A stretch of DNA of 64,000 nucleotides from NCBI GenBank assembly GCA_964467385.1, contig CAYXQC010000003.1, positions 37,798 to 101,797 of the forward strand, written 5' to 3'. This stretch comes from an uncultured Candidatus Saccharibacteria bacterium. Its GTDB lineage: Bacteria; Patescibacteriota; Minisyncoccia; Phycocordibacterales; CAIZLB01. A program made the position numbers and the translations under genes. Positions 49,820 through 60,290 of the stretch are shown piece after piece; the stretch's first letter is position 1; every line of letters begins with the position of its first letter. The notes beneath the pieces were generated by a model, which did not search any database, had not been told where the DNA came from, and saw only the letters and a list, made by a program, of their open reading frames with translations.

Positions 49820-52780
49820 CTAAATACTGAATGAAGATGTACTTGCGGGCGATACAGAGCGCCCTACTGAAGCAGCGGAAATTGACGCCACTGGTTCCTT
49901 CTTATATTTTTCCATAATCAACCCTTCGACAAGTTCCCTTTCTTGACCGTACTTGAGATATGATAATTCTTTAAGACTTTCAACTATTTCTGGGTTACCC
50001 TTTTCCGGCCATGTAAATTCAATATTGAATGGTCGAACTGGTTTGCCACCAGAAAGAAGCTTCATGTAACAATTCATGTTGTCTATGTTCATAATGTCAT
50101 TTGCACTAAATACTGGTTCAAATTGTTTTTGCAAAAATTCTGCATCTTCTGCACCCACACGAAATACCCCCATATTTCCAACGTTTCCGAATACAGCATC
50201 CTTAATCTTGTCATCGAGTTGAGCAATAAACTGGTGAGCAACCGTAAGCGAAAGCTTGTATTTTCGTGCCTCTGAAAGGATGGTTGAAATAGACGGTGTT
50301 GTAATGTTTTGGAATTCATCAATATATAGATAGAACGGTGGCATATCTTTTCCAAATGAATCGACACGAGAAAGTGCCGCCATCAAAATCTTTCCAACCA
50401 AAATAAGTCCGATAAGTGAAGAGTTAATGTCACCGAGTCGCCCTTTTGCAAGATTTACAAGCAAAATCTTTTTGTTGTCCATAATCTCTCGGAAATTGAA
50501 GCTTGATTTTTCCTGTGCAATAATCGGCCGCATAATATCGTTTGCCAAAAACACATCGAACTTGCTTGTGATATATGGCACCATGTTCTGAAGCGACCCT
50601 TCACCTCCTGCTTTCTCGGCAATATCTTTCCAGAATTGCACGACGATTGGATTTTTACATCGACTGATCTTCATATCACGGAAACTTTTAACCGCCATCA
50701 CTCGTGACACATCGAGAAGCGTCGAGCCACTGTCAGGATCTTCAATCACAAGCATCGTAGCATTTCGGAAATACTGTTCGAACATTGGACCCATAGATTC
50801 AGGTACACCACCATAAAGCTTTTGGAAAATACTGAAAAGCTCATTCACTACGAACGTCTTTTGTTCAGGATTTGAGCGATTGTATTCGAGCATATTAAGC
50901 GCCATCGGTCGATCAGTATGACTCGGGTCAAAGTAGATCACGTCCTCATAACGCTCTTTTGGAATATGGGCCAAAATATCCTGTACATCAGAGCCGTGCG
51001 GATCTATGAAACAAACACCTTCGCCATTCTTGATATCCTGAAGAATCATATTTCGAAGCATGGTTGATTTACCTGTTCCGGTCTGACCGATTGCATAGAA
51101 ATGTCGAAGTCGATCTTCTGGAGTTAAGAATACCGGTGTAGCAGTGTTCCGATGCTTGTTTGTACCGAGAAAGAGGTTTCGTTTTGATGAGCCGTCTGGT
51201 AACTTTGTGAAATCACCTGGCATACCAAGTGGTGCAGGTGCACTACCTGCTTTTGTCTGCTTGAGCTGATGCGCACCAACCACCGCTTCAGTTGGAAAGT
51301 GCATGATTGTAGTAAGTTCTCGAATAGAAGCAGGCATGACAATATTCTTATCAAACAATCGATATGTGTAGGCATGTGCAAAACTTGTTATCTCACCCTC
51401 TTTTTTGCGAGAAAATACTATAGTATTCCCGAGCGAATTTTCAAATTGACCAAAAGATGACTCGATACTAGTTAGAATTTCTTCAGCTCTCTGGCGATTT
51501 TCAGCGGAAGCGAGCACACGAATATTACTCTCAATGACAGGCGTCTGAAGCTTAGCTGTGATCTGCTCAACCGCAATAGCGTCAACAACCTTAGGTTCAT
51601 CTTTTTCTTCTTTATCCTTTTTTGTTAGCTCTTTGTAAGTGTCTTTTGTAACCTGCTTAAAAGTTTTTGTGAGATTACCCCAAACAGTGTGACGGATGTC
51701 CGTTGCTTTCTTCACACTCTCCCCTTTTTGAATACTGTCGAGAGCTTCTTTGTACTGCTTATTGAAATATTCACCAGCAGGATTAAATACGAGTTGAATT
51801 GCAGCTCCTTCACCATATTTAGAAATTTTTGAAAGAGCATTCAAGATGACATTGAGCGGATCATGATCGAATTGTTCGTATGTTTTAATCGGAAAGATTT
51901 CTCGTCGTCCTTGCTTTGCCGATGAACCAACTGTCACACCGGCTTCATTGAAAATATTGTAATTATCTTTTTTCTCTTCGAGTTTAGCATCTGGGAAAAT
52001 AGAAAGGAATTGTTTTTCAAAAATCTCCCGCTTTGTATCAGGAACTGTTACGTAAAACACAAACTCATCCGCACCATTGGAAACTGCAAGCTCAATGGTA
52101 AATTGATTTTCAACTTTTTCGCTTCCGTACTCTGATTTTCCTGACGGCAAAGAATTTGCGAGCATGCCAGCATAAAATTGTTCCATTGAAGAAATAAGTT
52201 CTTTGAGGGTTTTTCGTCTATCTTCATCTGTATTCGACTCAGGCAAAGCAACTTCGTAAAGTGTCTGCTTGAGTGACTTGGCGATCGGAAGTGTTTCCTT
52301 TAGACCCTGCGCCGGATAACCCTTCTTAAGGTATTCAACCAAAAAACGATGGAAATCAGTGTCGATATGAGGATTATTCATACCATAAGCAACCTGAATA
52401 GCATTCAGGATCCCCTTTTCGTGCATAATTTTCATCAATTCTTCCATACGACTATCGTGAAGTTCTGGTGAGAGATCGAGAATAATTTCCCATTGCTCTT
52501 GAGCTGGCATCTTAAAATGCTCATGCAAAACCTTGTCAGCATCTTGCTGGCTATAGTGTGCAATTTCTTCGCTAATGATCTGCTCTTGCTGATGCGCCCG
52601 CTCAGCCGACTCAGGACTTGAGGTTAGATGCTGTTCCCGACTCTGCACAACACTACGCAAATAACTCAACTCCTCTTCAAGAGAAGCAAATTTTTTATTT
52701 TCATAAATTGCACTTGAATTTGCACCGTGATTTTTAAGATCACTTTTAGCATCTTTAAAATTGCCTTGCTCGTAAGACAT
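49820..52780 (-). CDS. VirD4/TraD-like (HerA/FtsK superfamily) ATPase
   Basis: RLRHFYAIGQTGTGKST, FIDPHG, LYIDEFQN, SEARKY, AHQFIAQL. Confidence 0.88.
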   Translation of the reverse strand: MSYEQGNFKDAKSDLKNHGANSSAIYENKKFASLEEELSYLRSVVQSREQHLTSSPESAERAHQQEQIISEEIAHYSQQDADKVLHEHFKMPAQEQWEIILDLSPELHDSRMEELMKIMHEKGILNAIQVAYGMNNPHIDTDFHRFLVEYLKKGYPAQGLKETLPIAKSLKQTLYEVALPESNTDEDRRKTLKELISSMEQFYAGMLANSLPSGKSEYGSEKVENQFTIELAVSNGADEFVFYVTVPDTKREIFEKQFLSIFPDAKLEEKKDNYNIFNEAGVTVGSSAKQGRREIFPIKTYEQFDHDPLNVILNALSKISKYGEGAAIQLVFNPAGEYFNKQYKEALDSIQKGESVKKATDIRHTVWGNLTKTFKQVTKDTYKELTKKDKEEKDEPKVVDAIAVEQITAKLQTPVIESNIRVLASAENRQRAEEILTSIESSFGQFENSLGNTIVFSRKKEGEITSFAHAYTYRLFDKNIVMPASIRELTTIMHFPTEAVVGAHQLKQTKAGSAPAPLGMPGDFTKLPDGSSKRNLFLGTNKHRNTATPVFLTPEDRLRHFYAIGQTGTGKSTMLRNMILQDIKNGEGVCFIDPHGSDVQDILAHIPKERYEDVIYFDPSHTDRPMALNMLEYNRSNPEQKTFVVNELFSIFQKLYGGVPESMGPMFEQYFRNATMLVIEDPDSGSTLLDVSRVMAVKSFRDMKISRCKNPIVVQFWKDIAEKAGGEGSLQNMVPYITSKFDVFLANDIMRPIIAQEKSSFNFREIMDNKKILLVNLAKGRLGDINSSLIGLILVGKILMAALSRVDSFGKDMPPFYLYIDEFQNITTPSISTILSEARKYKLSLTVAHQFIAQLDDKIKDAVFGNVGNMGVFRVGAEDAEFLQKQFEPVFSANDIMNIDNMNCYMKLLSGGKPVRPFNIEFTWPEKGNPEIVESLKELSYLKYGQERELVEGLIMEKYKKEPVASISAASVGRSVSPASTSSFSI

Positions 52781-52846
52781 ACTAAACTACATTATACAGG
52801 CAGTTTGGAGCAAGCGAAAGAAGTAGTGAAAGAAATTACGATTAAT

Positions 52847-53368
52847 TTAATTTGATTTTTTGCCCGCACGACCCACGTCCTTGTTTCGACGCAAGAACTT
52901 TGAATTTTTCGGTAAGAATTCTCCAAGCCACTCAAGCTTTTCTTCGTGTGAATTAATTTTTGTATCAATTTCCGCATATTTTCGCTCGCACTTTTCCCAA
53001 ATAAGATCAACTTTTTCTCCTACGGCCGAGATACGCCACTGATACTCTTCAGTCAATGCTCCAATATGACGGGCAGTGTCTTCGTTGAACTGCAAACGCT
53101 GCTTTGTGAGAGCCTTTTCGAGAGCTTCGTCCAAGGTTTCCTTCATTTGTTTCTTCATATCTTCCTGAAACCACAAACGCTGCAGCTGCAACTGTTTTTT
53201 CATTTCATTTGTATAGATAATTCCCTGATTTTCTATATCAAGCCTAAGAAGCGCAACAAACTCGGCCAGTTTATCTTCAAAAGACTTAGAGTGCTCTCGA
53301 AATCGTGTATCGAGCATAGTCTCTAGCTCTTCGTGTGTTACATATTCTGTTGTATGTGCCGTGCTCAT
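52847..53368 (-). CDS. Hypothetical coiled-coil protein
   Basis: Helical, with internal repeat QRLWFQED/QRLQFNED. Confidence 0.7.
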   Translation of the reverse strand: MSTAHTTEYVTHEELETMLDTRFREHSKSFEDKLAEFVALLRLDIENQGIIYTNEMKKQLQLQRLWFQEDMKKQMKETLDEALEKALTKQRLQFNEDTARHIGALTEEYQWRISAVGEKVDLIWEKCERKYAEIDTKINSHEEKLEWLGEFLPKNSKFLRRNKDVGRAGKKSN

Positions 53369-53532
53369 ATGTATGATTGACAACATAATAGCACCAGCAC
53401 ATGAAGCCACTATCAAAAAATTCTAAAGAAACTTGTGTATAAATATAAACTGAACCTAGAAATAAAGCTCAAATACGAAACGAAAATACTAGTTGTCTAG
53501 TTCTCCGTAATCCTCCAACACCTTGTCGCCAA

Positions 53533-54378
53533 TTAAATCTCTGTCAAAACTTCCGCACCATCTTCAGTAATAGCAATAGTATGCTCAAAGTGTACACTCC
53601 TTTTTCCATCCTTAGTTTTCACCGTGTATCCATCTGATTCTAGGATAATTTTTTCTGAACCTTCGTTAATGATTGGTTCAATCGCAACAACGGCACCAGG
53701 CACAAGTACAGGGCCTTGGCCTTTTTTGCCAAAATTTGGAATGAACGGATCTTCATGAACTGCAAAACCTACACCATGTCCACCAAGGTACTCTGCCATA
53801 TGAAAACCATACGTCTTTGTGTAGTACGAAAGCGCTTGCTCGATGACATTTCCAATATCGCCCGTTTTGATGCCATTTGGAAAATCTGTTCGCCAATTTT
53901 TACACGCTTCAACTGCGGCATTTAGAGATTCTCTCCCCGCTTGAAGAAGTTTTCGCCCTTTTTCATTAGTCTTATCCTCGCCTCCGGCGCAAATAGTAAC
54001 GGCACTGTCTACAATTCGCCCTTTATAAGAAATTCCCATATCAAGAGTAACAATATCACCAGGAAGAATCACCTGAATCTTTTCATTCGGAATACCATGG
54101 ACTACCACATCGTTTACAGAAAGTACAAGTGCAGCTGGAAACGGTCGATCGGCACCTTCAGGGGTATAGCCAAGAAAAGCGGGGGTTGCCCCAGCCTCAG
54201 CAGTTAGTTTTCGAGCCAAATTCTCAAGATCAAGAGAAGTTATAGACTTTGCAGATTCACCTGGGGCCACGTTGAAAGCATCCTGGACTGCTGCCTCAAG
54301 CGCTTTCAAAACACCAGCCAAAATCTTCCCCGCTTGGCGTAAAATCTCAATATCTTCCTGTGTTTTAGTCTGTAACAT
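53533..54378 (-). CDS. map: Methionine aminopeptidase
   Basis: SVNDVVVHGIP, GHGVG..VHEDP, AIEP, HFEHT. Confidence 0.96.
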   Translation of the reverse strand: MLQTKTQEDIEILRQAGKILAGVLKALEAAVQDAFNVAPGESAKSITSLDLENLARKLTAEAGATPAFLGYTPEGADRPFPAALVLSVNDVVVHGIPNEKIQVILPGDIVTLDMGISYKGRIVDSAVTICAGGEDKTNEKGRKLLQAGRESLNAAVEACKNWRTDFPNGIKTGDIGNVIEQALSYYTKTYGFHMAEYLGGHGVGFAVHEDPFIPNFGKKGQGPVLVPGAVVAIEPIINEGSEKIILESDGYTVKTKDGKRSVHFEHTIAITEDGAEVLTEI

Positions 54379-54417
54379 TGACCCTACTGTACACCAATCT
54401 GGCCTTATAGACCAGAT

Positions 54418-55029
54418 TTACCAACTCAGCCTTTTCTCGATGTCAGTAGCAACTTGATCAATAGTTTGCTCACCTTTTACATGTACAAATTTGTAACCTG
54501 GATGCTTTTGGAAAAATTGAACTGCAGGCATCACATCAGTGTCAAACCACTCGAGTCGTCGCTCGATAAGTTCCATACTTGCATCATCACCTCTACCCTC
54601 TGTTTTACTTCGGGCCATAAGGTGTTTCTTTGACCATTCTCGACTGACATCGATATAAATAACAGTAGGCTTCTCGCGACCATAAAAAGAAATTGCTGAA
54701 TCGAACACAAGCGCTTCATCACATGAACGTGGCATGCCATCCACTACAAGATGCTCCTCACCTTTCATCTCCTCAATAAGCACATGTGCCCAGTTCCAGA
54801 TGGCCAAAAAGTCTGGCTGCCGACCGCCATTCTTAGCTACCCGAGCAGCTATCTTATTTGTATATCCATCGAGTTTTATAAATTCACGGAAACGTGCACC
54901 TGTTTCAAGATACATGATATTTCGTTTTTGCGGATCGTGTTTTTCCAAATGCTCACGCAAAATTTTAGCCTGTGTTCCCTTTCCACAACCAGATCGTCCG
55001 ATAAAAATAAAAGTTTTAGGTGCAAACAT
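54418..55029 (-). CDS. adk: Adenylate kinase family protein
   Basis: GRSGCGKGTQA, DGMPR, GRGDD; sits upstream of map. Confidence 0.88.
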   Translation of the reverse strand: MFAPKTFIFIGRSGCGKGTQAKILREHLEKHDPQKRNIMYLETGARFREFIKLDGYTNKIAARVAKNGGRQPDFLAIWNWAHVLIEEMKGEEHLVVDGMPRSCDEALVFDSAISFYGREKPTVIYIDVSREWSKKHLMARSKTEGRGDDASMELIERRLEWFDTDVMPAVQFFQKHPGYKFVHVKGEQTIDQVATDIEKRLSW

Positions 55030-55311
55030 GTTTTGTTACGTGCCGAGTTTTTTAATGCGCGCTTGATTTACGAATTTATTTTATCACATATAACGTTTCA
55101 AATTTTTGCGTAGCGATTTTATACAGAGAATAAATCTAGCAGCTTCACAAGATAGACAAAATACCGCAGACACCAATAAACGTACAAATAGACACCCTAC
55201 ACAAATATGCTAGGATAACGCCAAAGCACATGTGTGCTTTGTTCAGAAACTTTACACGTTAATTCAGTCCAACCCTTAGCGGCCATTAAACGGCCATAGA
55301 AAGTTAGCTCT

Positions 55312-55944
55312 ATGACAATTCAATTCATTAGTCTCGGTCTTGCAAACGATCATGAGTTTGGCGACATTGTTGCCTTTCTCACCAAGATCAGGCATCTCGT
55401 GACACCAACCGCTGCGGTTATCTGCGGACTGATTGGAATCCTTCTCGGATCCATGTTTCGTCGTGTTTGGGAGATCCGACATGCGTACGAAATCTCCGAG
55501 AAGGATTGCCATTCTCCAAAAACCTACGATGATGCAGTTGCTCACTATGTGATGCTCACCATCAAAGCTGTGGGCTATAGCTGCGTTGCGTACGCAATCA
55601 CGATTGCAGCAATCGACCTAAGAATCTGGTTCACCCTATGCTCAGGCGCATTGATCTTCATTCTCCTGAAAACACCTCACGTGTTCAAGCCGAAAGAAAA
55701 CTATCCTCCGAGCACAGTACCCCAGCTTTTGTTCGATAGAGTGTCCGCGTTACACCTTGAGGTTCTGGTGTTTTCTATAGGATTTCACATCTGTGGATAC
55801 AGGGACACTCCGCCGATCTCGCTTCTTGTTGTCGCAATCGGGCTCGTTTTTTTCGACTGGATACACATCACCCGTCGTGAAGAAGAGGTTTGTCGAGAAA
55901 AGACAAAAGTGACCAACTCCAGGAAAACCGTTACCTCATCTTAA
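55312..55944 (+). CDS. Hypothetical membrane protein
   Basis: About five hydrophobic segments; upstream TAGACA-16-TAGGAT. Confidence 0.6.
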   Translation: MTIQFISLGLANDHEFGDIVAFLTKIRHLVTPTAAVICGLIGILLGSMFRRVWEIRHAYEISEKDCHSPKTYDDAVAHYVMLTIKAVGYSCVAYAITIAAIDLRIWFTLCSGALIFILLKTPHVFKPKENYPPSTVPQLLFDRVSALHLEVLVFSIGFHICGYRDTPPISLLVVAIGLVFFDWIHITRREEEVCREKTKVTNSRKTVTSS

Positions 55945-56352
55945 CGTCCTTTACTTTTTCTCGGATTTACCGAATTCGGTCGATATAAAACCACCTCTTA
56001 GGAGAAATCCTTCGAGGTGGTGTTTTAATTCCCAGAAGCGTATGTGCGTCCATTCATTTACGAAACCTGCCAAACATGTCCGCCATTTTCCAATACAGAA
56101 AACAAATTCCTTGCAAAAGCAGTGCAAATATTCCAGAGAATTCTGATTCCAGGCCAGTAAAAATACCCGCCGTTTTTGATACACGTCGTTTTGTTTTTTT
56201 CATAGCAATGCAATCTATGTGTAGTTTTTAGTGCTTGTTTGTGTAGTTCTATGGTCGTATATTTTGAACAAAAATGTCCGAACAACATCATACAAAAGCG
56301 AGATGAATTCTCTATAAAATTTATCTAAAAAATTTCCAATCATCATTCACGC

Positions 56353-57282
56353 CTATGCCAACTTCAACACAGGTACAATCTGCTTCTTTCGAGAAACAAC
56401 TCCTTGAAGTACATGAGTATCGCCTTCTACGTTTACACCAAATGAAGCCGCTACCACACTTTTTGTAAAATCATTGTACGTAAACACAGTCGCTTCTTCT
56501 TTGAGAATATCAATTACAAAGAAAAGCACATCATCGATGTCACCATCTTTTGCAATCACTTCACCAATCGCTTTCACGATGCCATCTTTTCGCGCAAGAA
56601 TAGATGCAGGATCAGTAGTTTCAACAACTGAGATTCGGATATTTTTATCCCCTACTTCGAACTTCTTGCTATCGATATGAATGAGACCTGTATCAGTAAA
56701 ATCTGAAACGTCTGACTTTGCTTTGAACATTTCATTAGCGTATTCGGTGATGTTGAGTCCAAGTCGTGTGGCTAGCTTTTCAGCAATCGCCTTATCATGA
56801 GGAGTAGTAGTCGGTGATCGAAACTCGAGCGTATCAGAGAGAATACAAGAGAGCATAATACCGGCGATATCCTCCGGCATAGTATCAGCGTGAGCACCCA
56901 TAAGGTCATGCATAACCGTCGCTGTAGAAGCTACAGGCCGTATAGTCATTTCGATAGGTCCTTTGGTTTCAAGGCCTCCTACGAGCTTGTGGTGGTCAAT
57001 AATCTGCATAATATTCGCCTCATTTACTCCAGCTAGGAGCTCCTGAGGGTTGTTCGTATCCACAATCACAATATTGTCGTCTGGAGTAATTTTTTCAAGA
57101 AGTTGAGGTTCGCTGTGACCCCAACGGTTGAGTACAAACTGAGTTTCTTTGTTGAGTCCGCCAAGCACGTAGCTTTCAGCTTTATAAGTAGTGTGGGTAT
57201 TGAGATACCAAGTCCAAATAATGGCGCAGCTTGTCGCATCGGTATCAGGTGAAATATGGCCGAAAACTTTGATTGTTGTCAT
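56353..57282 (-). CDS. ppaC: Manganese-dependent inorganic pyrophosphatase
   Basis: GHISPDTD, IIDHHKL (DHH), ILSDTL, VVSRKKQ. Confidence 0.96.
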   Translation of the reverse strand: MTTIKVFGHISPDTDATSCAIIWTWYLNTHTTYKAESYVLGGLNKETQFVLNRWGHSEPQLLEKITPDDNIVIVDTNNPQELLAGVNEANIMQIIDHHKLVGGLETKGPIEMTIRPVASTATVMHDLMGAHADTMPEDIAGIMLSCILSDTLEFRSPTTTPHDKAIAEKLATRLGLNITEYANEMFKAKSDVSDFTDTGLIHIDSKKFEVGDKNIRISVVETTDPASILARKDGIVKAIGEVIAKDGDIDDVLFFVIDILKEEATVFTYNDFTKSVVAASFGVNVEGDTHVLQGVVSRKKQIVPVLKLA

Positions 57283-57352
57283 GGCTACATCATACAGAAA
57301 ATCGCCGGTTTGACAAAGGATTTTTGGTGAAATTTAGGTGAAAATTATTTGA

Positions 57353-58627
57353 CTAGTACTCCCGCATCGACAACTGTGCATCAACCTTTTTTGTAATATC
57401 AAGTACCACTGACACTACGATAAGGAGACTTGTACCACCAATCGTCAAAAACTGAATACCGGTAAACGCTTGGATAAGCGGAGGAAGAACTGCAATGATA
57501 CCAAGGAAAAGAGCACCTACGAGAGTAATTCGAGTTACAACTTTACCAAGATACTCTTCAGTTGACTGACCTGGTCGAACACCTGGAATAAATGCCCCAC
57601 TTTTCTGAAGATTCTCTGAAATACCCTTTGGATCAAAAGTCACAGCTGTATAGAAGAATGTAAAGAAGAATACAAGCACAAAGTATGCACCAGCATAGAA
57701 CCATTGATTTTTCATCAAATCAGTTACAAACGCATGCACCATATTGATAGTTGGATTCTGCAAATATGTAAGGAAGTTAAGAACCATCTGTGGCAAGAGG
57801 AGGATAGAAAGCGCAAAGATGATAGGAATCACACCAGCCTGATTAAGTCGAAGTGGAAGATATGTAGAACCGGCACCACCAAGAGTACGTCCACCGTGAA
57901 CCTGCTTTGCGTATGTCACAGGAATCGGTCGTTCCGCTTCAGTAATAAGCACCACAAGGAAAATCATAAGAAGAGCAAATACCGCGAGTGCGATATAAGT
58001 GAAGAGTTGGTCCTGAGTGAAGGCATAGAAAATATTTGAAGCAGCTCGAGGAATAGCAGCAACGATACCTGCAAAGATAATCATTGAAAGACCGTTACTA
58101 ATACCAAACTCAGTCATAATTTCACCAAGCCACATCAAGAAAACAGATCCTGAAACAATCACAAGTACGTTTGTTGCAAGTCCAAACATATCGAGATTTG
58201 CGACAATCCCCTGCCGTTGCAAGATCACGATAAAACCAAAAGCCTGAGCAAACGCAAGTGGAACCGTTAGAAGTCGTGAATACTGCGCAAATTTTCGTCG
58301 GCCAATCGCACCTTCTTCTTGATACATCGCCTTGAGTCTAGGAGACATCATTGTGAAGAGCTGCATGATGATAGAGGCGGTGATATATGGACCAACACCA
58401 AGCATTACAAGAGAAAGTGTCGAGAGACCACCTCCAGAAAAGATATTGAGAAGACCGAAGAATTGGTTATTATTCAAAAATTCTGTAAGAGCAAGTTGGT
58501 TTACTCCTGGAATCGGAATTGCTGAAAGAAGTCGAAACACCGCTAGGAGACCAACTACACAAAGTAGTCGCTTTCGAAGAGTTGAATCCTGGAACATATG
58601 CTTAATTTTCTGTATGAATTTTGACAT
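57353..58627 (-). CDS. secY: Preprotein translocase SecY
   Basis: LGVGPYITASIIMQL, AGVIPIIFA, FIPGVRPG, GGTSLLIVV. Confidence 0.98.
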   Translation of the reverse strand: MSKFIQKIKHMFQDSTLRKRLLCVVGLLAVFRLLSAIPIPGVNQLALTEFLNNNQFFGLLNIFSGGGLSTLSLVMLGVGPYITASIIMQLFTMMSPRLKAMYQEEGAIGRRKFAQYSRLLTVPLAFAQAFGFIVILQRQGIVANLDMFGLATNVLVIVSGSVFLMWLGEIMTEFGISNGLSMIIFAGIVAAIPRAASNIFYAFTQDQLFTYIALAVFALLMIFLVVLITEAERPIPVTYAKQVHGGRTLGGAGSTYLPLRLNQAGVIPIIFALSILLLPQMVLNFLTYLQNPTINMVHAFVTDLMKNQWFYAGAYFVLVFFFTFFYTAVTFDPKGISENLQKSGAFIPGVRPGQSTEEYLGKVVTRITLVGALFLGIIAVLPPLIQAFTGIQFLTIGGTSLLIVVSVVLDITKKVDAQLSMREY

Positions 58628-58785
58628 GGTTTTATATACGATATGATTCAGTATCATACCGCCAAATTGGATAAATAGCTACCTTTTAAACCGTCTTTTT
58701 GTGGCCTGTTAGAGGACAATCGAGAACATTCTAAAATACCCCTGGAACGCAAAAACTTCGGTCGCCCGAAGTTTTTTGAACTCTA

Positions 58786-59223
58786 CTATGCAATTTTACC
58801 ACCAGCTTTTTCAATAGAAGCCTTGGCTGAAGCTGAGATTTCACAAGCTCGTACTGTAAGGGCTACAGCTACATCGCCAGTACCGAGGAGTTTTACTCGT
58901 GGGAATCGGCCATTGATTGTAGAAATCACACCTTTTGAAACAAGAGCTGAAGGAGAGACAATTTCCCCAGCCTTAAATACTGATAGTACAGAAATATCAA
59001 GTGTTACAGGCTTAGTCTGGATAGATTTGTTTGAATTAACACCACGACCTCGAAGCTTTGGAAGTCGCTTGATCATATCTCGAATTTCAGGTCGGATCTT
59101 GTGACCAGCTCGAGCCTTTTGACCTTTTGTACCTCGGCCAGAAGTTTTACCTCGCTTGCCTCCTCGGCCAACTTGAGTCTTACCTTTATTTTCAGTTTTT
59201 CGTTTTAGTGAGTGAATTTGCAT
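58786..59223 (-). CDS. rplO: 50S ribosomal protein L15
   Basis: GRGGKRGKTSGRGTKGQKAR. Confidence 0.96.
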   Translation of the reverse strand: MQIHSLKRKTENKGKTQVGRGGKRGKTSGRGTKGQKARAGHKIRPEIRDMIKRLPKLRGRGVNSNKSIQTKPVTLDISVLSVFKAGEIVSPSALVSKGVISTINGRFPRVKLLGTGDVAVALTVRACEISASAKASIEKAGGKIA

Positions 59224-59267
59224 GGTCGTATTTATTAATTAAGCAAGATTATATATCTCAGTTGAAA

Positions 59268-59882
59268 TTATTTGCTGTAAGACCGAGGCTTTTTGAGCAT
59301 CTTCAAAGCTTCGACAGCTGCTCGCGCGTTATTGAGCTTATTTTTTGTACCAGATCGAAGTTTTGCTGTGATGTTCTTGATACCAGCAAGATCGATGACG
59401 TCTCGAACTGAGCTACCAGCTACAACTCCTTTACCTGGAGCAGGCATAAGATGCACTACTGAGCTACCAAGCTTCTTCTGAACTTCGTGAGGGATGCTGC
59501 CTGATTTCGTAAGAGAGAGTGTGATCATGTTCTTCTTAGCGCTTCGAGCAGCTTTGTCTACTGCCATAGCTGTATCACCTCCTTTTCCTGTTCCTACACC
59601 AACTTTACCTTTTCGATCACCAGCAACAAGAGATACGGCGAAGCTAAATCGTCGTCCTCCTGATGCAACTCGAGTCACTCGTCGAATATCGATAATCTTC
59701 TGATCGTACTCAGGTTTAGCTCGTGGTTCTCGCCGTGGACCTCCTCGTTCACCTCCTCGGCCTCGTGGAGCACCTCTTCGTGGAGCAAAACCAGCTCGTG
59801 GAGCTTGAGGATTTGTCTGCGCTGATGCTGAAGGAGCTACTGCAGGGGTTGTTGTATTTGATTCTTGAGTATTTTCTGTCAT
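59268..59882 (-). CDS. rpsE: 30S ribosomal protein S5
   Basis: RVTRVASGGRRFSF, PAPGKGVVAG. Confidence 0.96.
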   Translation of the reverse strand: MTENTQESNTTTPAVAPSASAQTNPQAPRAGFAPRRGAPRGRGGERGGPRREPRAKPEYDQKIIDIRRVTRVASGGRRFSFAVSLVAGDRKGKVGVGTGKGGDTAMAVDKAARSAKKNMITLSLTKSGSIPHEVQKKLGSSVVHLMPAPGKGVVAGSSVRDVIDLAGIKNITAKLRSGTKNKLNNARAAVEALKMLKKPRSYSK

Positions 59883-59894
59883 ATATGTTTTGTA

Positions 59895-60239
59895 TTAAAA
59901 TTCTAGTCCACCTTCTCGTGCACCATCTGCAAGAGCCTTGATTCGACCTGTGTAGATAAATCCACCTCGATCAAATACGATCTTAGAAACTCCTTTTGCT
60001 TTTGCTAGTTTAGCTATTTCAGAACCAACTACTTTAGCAGAAGTTGTCTTGTTACCTTTCTGACCCATAGATGAAGCAGCCGCAAGAGTTACACCCGCTG
60101 TATCGTCGATAAGCTGAGCATATGTTGCTGTATTTGACTTGTACACAGAAAGACGAGGTCGTTCTGCCGTACCTGAAACCTTCGCTCGAATTCGCTTTCG
60201 TCGTCGGTCTCGTGAAATTGTGATTATTGACTGCTTCAT
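59895..60239 (-). CDS. rplR: 50S ribosomal protein L18
   Basis: [22 protein letters not shown]. Confidence 0.97.
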   Translation of the reverse strand: MKQSIITISRDRRRKRIRAKVSGTAERPRLSVYKSNTATYAQLIDDTAGVTLAAASSMGQKGNKTTSAKVVGSEIAKLAKAKGVSKIVFDRGGFIYTGRIKALADGAREGGLEF

Positions 60240-60290
60240 GATTTTATAATTATTTTTATCTTATTGCGTTGATGTGCCGGACTATTTATG

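Noticed and set aside
49820-52780. Conjugative element around the VirD4-like gene
   Set aside because: No relaxase, VirB4 or mating-pair genes nearby; flanked by housekeeping genes.
55951-56291. Minus-strand 77-aa ORFs downstream of ppaC
   Set aside because: No recognisable motifs or start signals; cannot be supported as genes.
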